This document shows positions 20,252-30,976 of a stretch of 40,051 nucleotides of DNA, piece after piece. This DNA is from Proteromonas lacertae (lineage: Eukaryota). Positions within the stretch are counted from its first letter, which is position 1; the number at the start of each line of letters is the position of its first letter. Location of the stretch: positions 1-40,051 of the forward strand of contig NGBS01001206.1 of assembly GCA_002245135.1 (NCBI GenBank), in the 5' to 3' direction. The notes beneath the pieces were generated by a model. The model did no database searches. It worked only from the letters and a program-made list of their open reading frames with translations, and was not told where the DNA came from. The translations under genes were made by a program, and so were the position numbers.

Positions 20252-21967
20252 TTAGCATCGTCTGTAGTAGTATTTTCCATGGACATAAAAGTTACACATT
20301 TTGTTTGTTTTATTAACTGTATGATATGAACCAATAATTCTAGAAAAGATAGAAGTAAAATGTTTATTAAACATTTGTGTATATAAAGGCGATAGATGTG
20401 ACATTGTATCATAAACACTAATTCTGTTATAAATGCAAGGGCAGATTTTGTTTTTACATATAATATTATTAAATGAAATGTATTGTGTGTTATTAATTGG
20501 TGGAATTATTCTGGGAAATATAGTTACATTCTTTCCAATAAACAGATCACATTTTAGATTATGTTTTTCATAACATTGTAAACATATATTATTTCTATAC
20601 AATTGTGGACTATCTTCTATGTATAATATTTTAGGAGATATAGAGCTTAAAAACATAATCATTTTAATTAAGTTATATTTAATTTCATTGTCACTATAAA
20701 TTTTAGAGGTATAAAATCCTAAAATTATCAATATCCAATTAATTTTTATACTATCAAAGTAACCTTTGTATTTATTTTTGCAGTTATCAATTTTCAAATG
20801 AAAATAAAAGTAATGAATCATTATACTATGAGATTTTGTGAATGGTAACATAGCTGGAATCCACTGTTCTAAATGAGAATCTCCTATTAATAAGAAATTA
20901 TTGCTGGATATAGAAACATTATCTGTAAAATGGCAATGACTACACCATAAAGTAGATGAATGTTTTATTGCCTCTTTTACAATATTAATATTATCATCGT
21001 TCTTTTTTATCTTTTTTGATAGATTTATAAAATTGTTCATGACAACAATGCACACTATAATTATTGTAGTAATTAGTATTGGATGTTTTCTTAACACACA
21101 TTCAATTAAATAATTATTTGTTATTGCAGATAGAAATGAAAAAACAACACTATAAAATGGATTATATTTAAAACTATACATATAATGATATAAATAAAGC
21201 GAATATGATATTTTACCACAATAAATAATTGATCTACTAAATATAAAATAAGAATTCACATTTGACTGATTCATACATATTCCATTTGATATATATGATA
21301 TAAATACGGTATTGATAAATATATTACTAAGTTTATATGTATTTAATAATATAATCAATATTATAGCTATATTGATGTTTATATTAATAAAATATGACAA
21401 TCTGTGAAGATAATAATACCATAATCTAGTAATAGTATTATAATAATTGATATTACCTTGAATATATATTTCAGTAACAAAATTATATATGAAAGACAAT
21501 ATGATTATAATATAATAAATATAAGATAAATCAGTAATATAGCCAAAAACAGTATGAATAATATATAATTGAAAAATAACAGATACATACCATAAATGAT
21601 TGAATAAAGACTTATTCTCTTTGACAAAGTAATCATTTTCATTCATTATTAATTTATAATTATATACATAACCAAATATATAAAAAATATCATTAACATC
21701 ATTATCGCTAATTATGTTCTGTCTAATAAGATAAAAAGCTGTATATATTGTTAATATGTAATAACTTGGTGTTATTCTACAATATCTATGACAAATATTC
21801 GCAACAAAATTATAGGTATGTTTAATTGACGATAAATACCCTGATATGTTAATAAATACCACAACTGATAAAAATCCGTATTTAAAGAATTGAACATTAT
21901 TATGATAAAGAATAATCAATAAAATACAATATCCTTTTAAAATTTCAATATCATATCTGTAATTCAT
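20252..21967 (-). CDS. Second acyltransferase-3 plus SGNH O-acetyltransferase
   Basis: DIEILKGY..ILYH, FINISGYL, HLWYVSV..QLY, SYSLYLYHY, GDSHLEQW, C-terminal DTMSHL. Confidence 0.85.
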   Translation of the reverse strand: MNYRYDIEILKGYCILLIILYHNNVQFFKYGFLSVVVFINISGYLSSIKHTYNFVANICHRYCRITPSYYILTIYTAFYLIRQNIISDNDVNDIFYIFGYVYNYKLIMNENDYFVKENKSLFNHLWYVSVIFQLYIIHTVFGYITDLSYIYYIIIILSFIYNFVTEIYIQGNINYYNTITRLWYYYLHRLSYFINININIAIILIILLNTYKLSNIFINTVFISYISNGICMNQSNVNSYFIFSRSIIYCGKISYSLYLYHYMYSFKYNPFYSVVFSFLSAITNNYLIECVLRKHPILITTIIIVCIVVMNNFINLSKKIKKNDDNINIVKEAIKHSSTLWCSHCHFTDNVSISSNNFLLIGDSHLEQWIPAMLPFTKSHSIMIHYFYFHLKIDNCKNKYKGYFDSIKINWILIILGFYTSKIYSDNEIKYNLIKMIMFLSSISPKILYIEDSPQLYRNNICLQCYEKHNLKCDLFIGKNVTIFPRIIPPINNTQYISFNNIICKNKICPCIYNRISVYDTMSHLSPLYTQMFNKHFTSIFSRIIGSYHTVNKTNKMCNFYVHGKYYYRRC

Positions 21968-22071
21968 ACTTTTAGAAGTTGAATGAAGTATTTACTTATA
22001 ATAGGTAAATATTTAAATGTAAATGATATATATATAAAAGAATAACAGCAAATCCTATAAAAATACTGAAT

Positions 22072-22911
22072 TTATTTTCTTTTTGCTACAATATTATTCT
22101 TTATGGTCTTATTGCAATCAAATTTTTTTATGATTTTATATCCCATATCATCAAGAATTTTAAACATATTCACTATTTCATATACATCGTCTTTATTCTT
22201 TTTTCCGCATTCGATTTCCATGTGAATGAATTCAATTTCATGATTTTTAAAGAATTTTCTTCCTCCTTTAATTAATTCATACTCGCCACCTTCTACATCA
22301 ATTTTTATCATTGAAATTTTAGTAGGGATAAGTTTGTCAAATTGATCTAATAATTTAACATGTACTGTTTCTTTATAATCAAAATGATTATAATAGAAAG
22401 AAAAATAACCCCAATTGTTCTTAGCTATACTCATAACTTGATGATCTTCTCTGTTTCCTAAAGCATAGGGATATATTGTTATAAGACTTGAAAATTTTGG
22501 ATTACTAAAGGTAGTAACACTAAATGGAAATAAATTATTTGGAAGAGGTTCAAATGCATATACCTTTATACCTGCATATGCAAAGACAAAAGAGCATGAA
22601 CCGATATTTGCCCCAAAATCTACAAATACACCATCTCTACTTCCTGATAAATAGATATTATATATATCTTGACATTCACTCCACCTACCTCTTTCTCTTA
22701 TATAGTTTGACACATAATCGTTACTTCTAATAACTTGCGCAAATGATATATTTATGTATTTAGTTTTTGTAAAGAAATAAGATTGTTCATTTATTATGGT
22801 TGGAGCTACTACATGTTTTACCATCCTTATATAGGTATTTCGACTATGATAAAGAAATAATAGTAAAGCTAATACAAAAATAATATATATACTAATTATG
22901 TATATTTTCAT
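22072..22911 (-). CDS. FkbM-family SAM methyltransferase
   Basis: FVDFGANIG, VYAFEP, PYALG, IKIDVEGGE; N-terminal TM segment. Confidence 0.9.
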   Translation of the reverse strand: MKIYIISIYIIFVLALLLFLYHSRNTYIRMVKHVVAPTIINEQSYFFTKTKYINISFAQVIRSNDYVSNYIRERGRWSECQDIYNIYLSGSRDGVFVDFGANIGSCSFVFAYAGIKVYAFEPLPNNLFPFSVTTFSNPKFSSLITIYPYALGNREDHQVMSIAKNNWGYFSFYYNHFDYKETVHVKLLDQFDKLIPTKISMIKIDVEGGEYELIKGGRKFFKNHEIEFIHMEIECGKKNKDDVYEIVNMFKILDDMGYKIIKKFDCNKTIKNNIVAKRK

Positions 22912-23040
22912 TATAGTTTAATCAATATATTGTTTGATTTATATTAAATACAAGCTTTTAATAGAAATACGTTATTATACTAAATTCTTTTAATATAAAT
23001 TTTAGTATTATACTTTACAATTAATTAGCATTTTATAAAT

Positions 23041-23994
23041 CTAGATATAAATACATTTTACATTTGATCTAGAACAAGACAAATTATAATAAGTACTTAA
23101 ATGTGATCCTATAGCTATGTCACATTGTGATATTAAATAATTATCAGCTAACAGTTTAATCCCACTTTCATAACTTCCTCCATGCATTGACCCATGTGGA
23201 TCTATTATAGGTCCTGGTATTGTGTAATTTAATACATAATCGTTAAATAGTTTATTAACTTTCTTAATAATCATATTAGAATCTGATATAATAAGCAATT
23301 TATAGTGATTAAATTGATTTAATAATTTATTAATAGATATTAAATACTTGTTAAATACTTTCGGTGAGTACCATATCGATGTTTTTGATAAATCTAATAG
23401 AAATCCAGTTCTAATATGCACCCCTATTACCGTTGATTTATATTTTAGTCTAATGAATTTTATGATATATTTAGCTACTCTATCACATGGCTGAAAAAAT
23501 ACATTTTGAATTAAGATATTCCACTCTTTTATATTTATTTTAGTAAATTTTATTAACTTTGATTCACGATATAGAGTATATACCACATTCATGAACCCAT
23601 GTAGTTTATATATAGATATTCTGCTGTAAGAATCTAATAGAGTTTTAATTGTATTGTTGACAAATCTAATCTCGATTGTATTTGTTATACTTATATTGTT
23701 ATTTAACATATATGATGGCATTTTGAAGTACAATATCATTTCTTTCCATCCAAAAATAAAAAAAGTGGATGAAGATACTAAGGACAAAAATATGCTGGAT
23801 ATTATTGTGGGAATTTTATTTCCCAGTCCACATTGAACCATAGTTTTATATATAACTAAATTCTTCCTTTTATGGTGGTTGTTGTTATATATCATTTTCT
23901 CTATTTTTCTTTCTGAGTAATTGAGAAGATTTACTTTTCTTATCATAGTAATCAATGATAATATAAATAATATTGAATAATTAATTATAGTCAT
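23041..23994 (-). CDS. NodZ/GT23-like alpha-fucosyltransferase
   Basis: CGLGNKIP, IGVHIRTG, LIISDS, DNYLISQCD, STYY. Confidence 0.8.
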   Translation of the reverse strand: MTIINYSILFILSLITMIRKVNLLNYSERKIEKMIYNNNHHKRKNLVIYKTMVQCGLGNKIPTIISSIFLSLVSSSTFFIFGWKEMILYFKMPSYMLNNNISITNTIEIRFVNNTIKTLLDSYSRISIYKLHGFMNVVYTLYRESKLIKFTKINIKEWNILIQNVFFQPCDRVAKYIIKFIRLKYKSTVIGVHIRTGFLLDLSKTSIWYSPKVFNKYLISINKLLNQFNHYKLLIISDSNMIIKKVNKLFNDYVLNYTIPGPIIDPHGSMHGGSYESGIKLLADNYLISQCDIAIGSHLSTYYNLSCSRSNVKCIYI

Positions 23995-24088
23995 GTTCTA
24001 TCTGATTAGACTTAAACAAATATTAGTACATATGGTGTGTATAGACAACCTAATGAGAAATATGCTTTTTAGAAAACGAGTAATATCC

Positions 24089-24492
24089 AAAACAAACTCG
24101 ATGCATATTCTTACTTGTCTTGATGAAATAATGTTACTTTTATACTTACTTTGTTATATGACCTTACCTCTGCAGTATACTATTTTGTTAATATAAATAG
24201 TTTGAATATTTGTGCCGTTTGTTTTCTAGAAATTTTTGAAGCAAACTAAATGCATATTTAGTTAATATAGACTAAAATATATTAGCTGAAATGATTAGAA
24301 TAACTTAATGTTGATCATAAGACATTTAAAATGAAAAAAGAAAATATAGAAACAAGCCTCACTCAAGCCTATTTTTTACATGTCTTCTTTTATATAGAAG
24401 GATTTAATAATTATTACATTCTAATCATTTCAACTAATGCATTTTAGTTTATTTTAGCTAAATATGAATTTAGTTTGCTTCAAAAATTTCTA
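24089..24492. mobile_element. Foldback/MITE-like element, copy 2 (both termini truncated)
   Basis: Same arm and core sequence as 11281-11823; the core is in the same + orientation. Confidence 0.9.
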
Positions 24493-24539
24493 CTATTTAT
24501 ATTTAGTGGATAAGTAATTTATCTATCTTAATGAGAATC

Positions 24540-25560
24540 CTGTAACACCGTTTGCCAGATTGCTTATATGAGAATCCTGGTGATAGCCTACAATGCCAAA
24601 GTCCGATGAGAAGTTCCTTAGCATATCAATCTTATGATTGTACTTCATCGATAGCTACTGCTTCATGTCCTCTAGCTTAGAGTCTATTACAGAATGTTAA
24701 CATCGGCAAGCAGTCCAGCCCAGGGATTTCAAGAAGTACTTTGCTCCGGTGTTCTACGTGATGAACCAGATCAAGAGATATGATAAAAAGTTGATCAAGA
24801 CTTACTTCATGCAGAAGAACTACTTCCTTTGCTAGTACTGCGATGACTTAGCCAAGTATGATCTAACCGGAACCCTCCGAGGATGACATTACGGAAGTTC
24901 TCAAAGACACTTGCATGTATCAGAACAATTACGATCCATCGGAGCCTTCTACTTATATCATGTACAATGACTACAATAGCTTATACTCATTCACGATGTC
25001 CTCCAGCAAGTTACCTTGCGGAGATTTCAAGTTCATTGCCAGGACCGATGAAATTATTCAAGACATCCTCTCGAAACCTTATTACGATGACATGTCTATG
25101 AAGGAGTTCAATGAGCCAGGTAAAGGATACTTCCTCGAAGTCGATATCGAGTGTCGGAGAGAGCTTCATGATAAGTTCAAGGAGTATCCTTTGTTCCCAG
25201 AACGAAACACAATCGCTTACGATCAGCTATCACAGGTCATGAAGGTAAAGACCGAGAAGTTGATCTGTGATCTCACCACTAAGAAGAATTATAAAATCCA
25301 AGGTGTCCATCGTGTGTTGGGGTTCACCGAAGAACCTCTGATAAAGAGCTTTGTGGATGATATGATCTGATACCGAGTAGATTCAAAGAAGAGCAATCGT
25401 ACAACATATAGTGATACTTATAAGCTATTGTTGAACTCCATCTATGGCAAGAGCTGTGAGTGTAAGGAACGACTTGAAGTTACTTATGACTGATACTGAC
25501 TCCTTGCTTTACAAGTGTCAGACTAAAGACATCTATCAAGATGGACACTGGCATGTTGAG
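24540..25560 (+). pseudogene. Protein-primed DNA polymerase B remnant (Polinton/adintovirus type), internally deleted
   Basis: YFIDSYCFMSSSLES (24641), YDPSEPSTYIMYNDYNSLY (motif A, ~24969), GYFLEVD, KLLLNSIYGK (25422-25451, after an in-frame TGA), LMTDTDS (DTDS at 25492-25503, shifted frame). Confidence 0.9.
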
Positions 25561-25818
25561 CTTATTAAGAGTGAAGAGAACAAGAACGGTAAGCTTCATC
25601 GATTGTATCGATGAAGCTCCCGTAAAGGTCAACTCTGGATCTAGAAGGGGAAGGATCTCCCGTAAATGTCACAAGTAGATCAATTATCTAGCAATCTTCT
25701 CGGTAATGAGGAGTGGTCGTAAGAAGGAATTGGAGGATCACATATGAAGTAAGGAGATGTCAACAACCTTCAAGGCCTAGGAGTGAACCAGATAATGAAG
25801 TTACCACGATAACCGGCA

Positions 25819-26256
25819 CTAACGAGTTATAAGATCCTTAAATAGATCAATAGACGTCAAAGGCCAGACTTCTTTTTCTAGCTTACATGGTAACGTAATG
25901 TCTGTGATCACCTTCAGCATTTGATTCTTAGGAAGATAAAGCTTCTCCGAGTCCAGGATATGAATAACTTCATCGGTGTAGTTGATCAAGTAGTTAGTTG
26001 CCTTAAGGTACTCATCCAGGGAGATTGTCTTGTCCTTGAAGAGCATCGTATGATCGTGTTGAAGCATCTTCTCATAAGCCTTTAGTTCAACAGCCAGGTG
26101 ATTAGCAGCTTTACTAAGTTGTCTTAGGGAAGTGATGACCTTACTCTTCTTAATTAAAGCAGCACTGATCGCTTGTTGAATTCCATCTATTTCACCTACC
26201 TTGGGTTTCTGTTGCTTTGCTTTCAACGTGGATGATGATCTTCTCTTAAGCTTCAT
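25819..26256 (-). CDS. Hypothetical protein of the GC-richer viral element; possibly truncated by premature stops
   Basis: Likely ATG at 26256 (MKLKRRSSST...). Coding-like sequence continues past the TAG in the same frame. Confidence 0.5.
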   Translation of the reverse strand: MKLKRRSSSTLKAKQQKPKVGEIDGIQQAISAALIKKSKVITSLRQLSKAANHLAVELKAYEKMLQHDHTMLFKDKTISLDEYLKATNYLINYTDEVIHILDSEKLYLPKNQMLKVITDITLPCKLEKEVWPLTSIDLFKDLITR

Positions 26257-26388
26257 GAGATCAAAAGAGTGATGAGTTGTATTAGTCAAGATTACTAGGA
26301 AAATGAAAACTACAATAAGGCCAAGGAAATTACCCTTAATGCCGGACAATGTATGACAATCATAGAGAGCCCGTAGGCAGTAGGCCTG

Positions 26389-26446
26389 TAGGAGGAATCC
26401 CGTAGGCACCTTACGTAAATGGGACTATGCGACATTATCATAGAGT
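26389..26446 (+). repeat. 58-bp dispersed repeat, copy 2
   Basis: 55/58 identical to 1197-1254; sits at the transition from GC-richer to AT-richer DNA. Confidence 0.95.
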
Positions 26447-26719
26447 TTTAACGAGTGTCCTAGGAGTCCGTCCACTTCATACTTTTAATCTTTCATTTGA
26501 TATACCTTGATTTTGATAATAACCAATACTAATTATTTCATAATAGAAATGATAAACGCCATCATTCTGTTTCATTTCTTCTTTTATAATAAAAATATTT
26601 TATTATTGTATAAAGTATAAACATAACCTTCTTCATTATTAACAATACTTTTAAATTGTTCATTTGAGCTTCAATATTAACAATACTATACACCATATCA
26701 ACACAAGAATGCAATCAAA

Positions 26720-27412
26720 ATGGACAACTACGTGAAAAGTTCACAACAAACAATTCCAAGTTCACTCACTAATTTTGGTAGAGCAGTGAGTAATTTAGAT
26801 CAAGCAAAACAACTCAGTGAAGCTATGAGTTACTTTGGAATAGGTAATGGAAATAATAAAAAAGTAAAGAAATTAATTTCACGTAGGAAAGTTTTGTATA
26901 ACAGTATCACTTCAGATGCCTTATCGAACTTTGATATAGAGTTAATTGTGAAAAATGAGTTCAATAATTTCCATGGAAAGTTCATGGGAGTGTTCTGCTG
27001 GGACGAGCTTGTACTTCCTATACCCAAAAAGAAGAATCAATGGGGAATCATAATCAATACACTCACCACACAAGCTAGCCCTGATTCTATAGGTCATTGG
27101 GTGGCCTTAGTAGTTGACAATATCAAGAAGCAATTCCTGTACTATGATTCATTTGGTGAAGATCCTCAACACTTGGAAGAATTTAAAAAGAATTTGAAAA
27201 AATTAAAGAAGTATCATAATGAAAAGTATGAACTTAAAATCAATGGAGTACAGAATCAAAATTCAAATACTGCCAACTGTGGTTTTTTTGCTATTAATTT
27301 TTTGAAAAATATTTTAAGAGATCAGTGTAGTTTCAAAAAGGCTACTGACTATAATACAATAGTGGGTGAAACAAAAATTAGGTTAATGAAAAAACAATTT
27401 GGATTAATATAA
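26720..27412 (+). CDS. Adenain/Ulp1-like cysteine protease (Polinton/virophage maturation-protease type)
   Basis: FMGVF..D, IINT, GHWVAL, YYDSFG, Q...ANCGFF: His-Asp-Cys triad intact. Confidence 0.9.
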   Translation: MDNYVKSSQQTIPSSLTNFGRAVSNLDQAKQLSEAMSYFGIGNGNNKKVKKLISRRKVLYNSITSDALSNFDIELIVKNEFNNFHGKFMGVFCWDELVLPIPKKKNQWGIIINTLTTQASPDSIGHWVALVVDNIKKQFLYYDSFGEDPQHLEEFKKNLKKLKKYHNEKYELKINGVQNQNSNTANCGFFAINFLKNILRDQCSFKKATDYNTIVGETKIRLMKKQFGLI

Positions 27413-27444
27413 TATATAAAATTATTACTTAATTATTATTTTTT

Positions 27445-27852
27445 TTATGTGTGGTGAAATATTGTATGAGTTTCAATATATTCTATCATCTCTGTATCCA
27501 TATGAGTACATTTGAAGAATATTGGCATCTTGCCATTAAAACATCTTTGTGGCATTCTAATGATTACTTTTTTCATTGTTGGTGTGTATGTAACTTTCGG
27601 ATAATCTCTATTTCCTAAGTCACAAGGACCTACAAACACTAATATCAAACGTTGACTCATGATCATGTTAATCATTTTGTGTGTTAACTCAAAATACCAT
27701 TGATATATAGGTTTTCGATGATAAAAAAATATAAGGAATTGTAGGCTATACAAATCCAAGTATATGTCTGGACCGCTTAAATGATATTTCTTTGTTACCT
27801 TGGATTCAAGTTCTGGTAATTTATATTCAATCTGTGGTGGTAGTGTAAGCAT
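27445..27852 (-). CDS. Hypothetical protein
   Basis: 135-aa ATG ORF, convergent with the protease. Confidence 0.55.
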   Translation of the reverse strand: MLTLPPQIEYKLPELESKVTKKYHLSGPDIYLDLYSLQFLIFFYHRKPIYQWYFELTHKMINMIMSQRLILVFVGPCDLGNRDYPKVTYTPTMKKVIIRMPQRCFNGKMPIFFKCTHMDTEMIEYIETHTIFHHT

Positions 27853-27924
27853 ATATAAAAAAAATAGAATATACTATATGTATATGTATAATAAAATATT
27901 TAAAAAAAAGAAATTCAAAAAAAA

Positions 27925-28011
27925 TGGGATTACTAATAGTCTGTGCTAGGAATCGAACCACTAATGCCAGCTGCATGACTCTTTTTTCCTTGCACAGTCT
28001 ATCAGATCCCA
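27925..28011 (-). ncRNA. Candidate structured small RNA (terminal stem, B-box, oligo-T)
   Basis: Minus strand TGGGAT-CTGATAG-a-CTGTGC-a-AGGAA...GGTTCGATTCCT-a-GCACAG-a-CTATTAG-ta-ATCCCA, followed by T8. Confidence 0.4.
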
Positions 28012-28259
28012 ATTAAATAAAAAAAGGGCATTTAGATATACAGTGCCAGGATGATTCAAGCCGAATTTCAATGGCGCAATATTAAACAACACATCCAAGT
28101 AGAAATTATTAAACTTCCATAAATTCCTTGTGAAATTAATTTAATAAATAAATAAATAATTATAAATTAGAAACGCAGCCCTCATCGTAGCTAGTCTATC
28201 CAATGCCCAATAATAAAAAAACAGCATATACAATATATAGCATAATAAAAATTTATTCG

Positions 28260-29546
28260 TTACAATATTGATTTGTCTCCCTTCTTTCTCTTGGGTCTCT
28301 CCAGTATTTTTCTAAACCATGTGGTTGGTGCATCATCTTTTCTCACTAACTGCAACTCATAGTGTTTGAATCGAATTAATGAAAAACCTTGAATGTCATT
28401 CCCATTGATATCACCTAAATTGTATGAATATCGATTTTTCTTGATTATCTTATATACATTGTCTGACCAGTATATGTTCTTATCCATTTTACGTCTTCTC
28501 TCTTTGAATCTCACCAAATCACCTACTTCGAAATTTTGACCAGTATGATCCAATTTTTCATAATTCTTTAAGTTGTAGTTAATTGATTTTTGTAATATTT
28601 GTTTTTGTAATTCTGGACTATGGAATACCTCATTTGGGGTATATCCTTTAATTCCTGGTAATGGCTTGTTGTTATAGTCATCTATCACTTCCTGTATTAT
28701 ACTATCAAGTTTCAATTTATAATTCATATCTGGTATAATATGCTTATCATTGTGATCAATATCTGCCATATATGTAGGTGCATCATATCCCAGATCCACC
28801 AAGTGTTTGTACAACAATCTTTTTATCACACTCACTGATCTATCCAACAATGACTCTATTTTATGCTCTGAACCATCTTTTTGAAAATATGATATTCCTT
28901 CAGCATCACATAACTTCTTGATATTTGAAAAACTAGCATCAGCATCTGATAGGATACTTACCACATTTTTATGTGTTTTGTTTCCATAGGCATCTGTTTC
29001 ATAATACCACTTCTGAAATGCATCCAATGTAATATCACCATATTTATTAGGCATAAATATTGCCCATACTTTTCTTGAATTCATTTCGATAAAATACAAA
29101 TGTTCCATATCAGGTAAGAAAAACACTATATCCATTTGGAAGTACCCAGGCTTTTTGATAGTTGCGAATGGATTATTTTTTTTATATTTGAAATCGACAA
29201 TTTGTTTTCCAGGTTGTCTCCTTAAGTATTCACGTACTACATCTGGTGGTGGAGCTATATCATTCATACTAGACAAATGTTGTGTCATTTTGACAAATTC
29301 ATTTTCATTAAGGTAATAATATTTTTTATATAGTTCATCTAAGCGTGATCGATATTGGGCAATTTGGTTTGACATTTGGTCTTCATAAGAAGCCTCTCTT
29401 GTTGGATGTGTAATATTCGGTGCTCCATGGTTAATATATGTTGCAAGTGATAAGTTACCATTTGTAGGTAACGGTTTGACAGGATATGGGTTCTCGTTGC
29501 TATATGAGCTGTATAAATGTGGATCGTAACTATTAGTGCTAAACAT
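28260..29546 (-). CDS. Retroviral-like (rve) integrase of Polinton/virophage type
   Basis: PGYFQMDIVF, ILSDADASF, LLDRSVSVIKRLL, YNNKP..GYTPNEV, FEVGDLVR, WSDNVYKI, FKHYELQLV; ATG at 29546. Confidence 0.9.
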   Translation of the reverse strand: MFSTNSYDPHLYSSYSNENPYPVKPLPTNGNLSLATYINHGAPNITHPTREASYEDQMSNQIAQYRSRLDELYKKYYYLNENEFVKMTQHLSSMNDIAPPPDVVREYLRRQPGKQIVDFKYKKNNPFATIKKPGYFQMDIVFFLPDMEHLYFIEMNSRKVWAIFMPNKYGDITLDAFQKWYYETDAYGNKTHKNVVSILSDADASFSNIKKLCDAEGISYFQKDGSEHKIESLLDRSVSVIKRLLYKHLVDLGYDAPTYMADIDHNDKHIIPDMNYKLKLDSIIQEVIDDYNNKPLPGIKGYTPNEVFHSPELQKQILQKSINYNLKNYEKLDHTGQNFEVGDLVRFKERRRKMDKNIYWSDNVYKIIKKNRYSYNLGDINGNDIQGFSLIRFKHYELQLVRKDDAPTTWFRKILERPKRKKGDKSIL

Positions 29547-29709
29547 ATGGTCCAAAAACAAAAAACAAAAGTAATAATGAAATTCATTTCATTATGATTA
29601 TTATCTAAATTAATAGAGTTATATGTCTTTATAACAACATTTAAAAAAATATATATACATATAACATTTGTTCATTGTTCAACGTTATTTCCATTTCAAT
29701 TCACTTATT

Positions 29710-30518
29710 ATGAGCAACTGGAAGATACTATACAAAAACAGCTTCATTAATGATCCAAATCCGAGCATATATAAAATTTTATGTGAGAATTTTAAGACGA
29801 TTGTAGAACATGAGAAAGATTTGCAACGTTATAGGTATATTATATTATTATATGTCTATAGCTGGAATGGTAACTTCAGTATAAGGCGTTTTCACTACAT
29901 GGTACAAAAGATTCACAGAAATTGAAAAGATTGATGATCGACATGAAAGATTAAAAATGTCCAGAGTGTTGATGTCTGTCCTGCTATGTAATATCATGTA
30001 TAAAGAGGATCTGGACAAAAGCATCGTATATCTATTTAATATATATTTCAATTTTGAATCAATAGTATGATCGTATGCTTGACCATGCAATGGAGGATAT
30101 GATAGAACTGACTTGTATGTATATCATACATTTCGGTGACAACGATTTAGCAAAATGCGAAAAAGAAGAAAACAAGAATTCGAAAGGAGATATTGTTTAC
30201 AGAAGTACGGCTGAAAGTATAGTAAGTAGTAAAGTCTCTATAGCATCGTTGTTTGATAATCTGGATGATGATGATTATAATGATGATGATGACAACAACA
30301 ACAAGTTGTTAAAGGTGGCATCCACAAAAAGAAAGTGCAGTACATCTAAAGCTCCAAGATTTAAAAGAAAGAAAATAAATCAAAAAAACATTTCAACCAA
30401 AAACCAAAAACAAGAAGATAGTACTACAGAGGAAGATGATGATGATGATGATAATAACTTCTCACAATATATAGTAGATGATGATGATGAGGAGCCAGAG
30501 TACCAAAATGATTATTAA
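29710..30518 (+). pseudogene. Spliced orphan gene with acidic/basic C-terminus; one frameshift and one premature stop
   Basis: Candidate introns 29835-29861 (27 nt) and 30026-30065 (40 nt) join exons in frame to ORF 30075-30518. TAA at 29882; frameshift near 29810. Confidence 0.5.
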
Positions 30519-30696
30519 TCTCTGGTCCTAATTGGTTCAAATGATAGATTGTGTTTGTGTGGGAGTGTTGTTTTCATAATTTACATAATTAATTAGCATT
30601 ATAACAAGTCTTATAAGAAATATCAATAATAGAAAAATAGATGCGTTTCGAGATTTGACTTGAACTCTATTTTTTTTTGTTTTGTTTTTTTATTAC

Positions 30697-30748
30697 ATAG
30701 GATGGTCACTATATGGTGTCATATCACACCATGTGTTGACCATCCTAT
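30697..30748. other. ~23-bp imperfect hairpin
   Basis: ataggatggtca-ct-atatggtgt-catatc-acaccatgt-gt-tgaccatcctat. Confidence 0.85.
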
Positions 30749-30947
30749 TGAGATTGTTTTTATTGAATTATTTTTTGAAATTATATGTCATTCACTTTCT
30801 ATAATTTGAACTAACAACATAAATAGATTCATCATAAGATGAGGATTCAAATGGAATAATTATTTTTGTTTAAATTCAAACAGAAAAGCGAAAAAATAAT
30901 GTAAGCTTGAATTATGATTTGATTATGAAACGGACAAAAAACCATAG

Positions 30948-30976
30948 GGGGCTAGAGCACACTGTGCTCTAGCCCC
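30948..30976. other. Perfect 14-bp GC-rich inverted repeat overlapping a stop codon
   Basis: ggggctagagcaca-c-tgtgctctagcccc; the TAG of ORF 30969-31202 lies within it. Confidence 0.9.

Noticed and set aside
23993..24196. 67-aa ORF, and the 61-aa ORF at 27827-28012
   Set aside because: They overlap foldback copy 2 and the hairpin candidate respectively; likely spurious.
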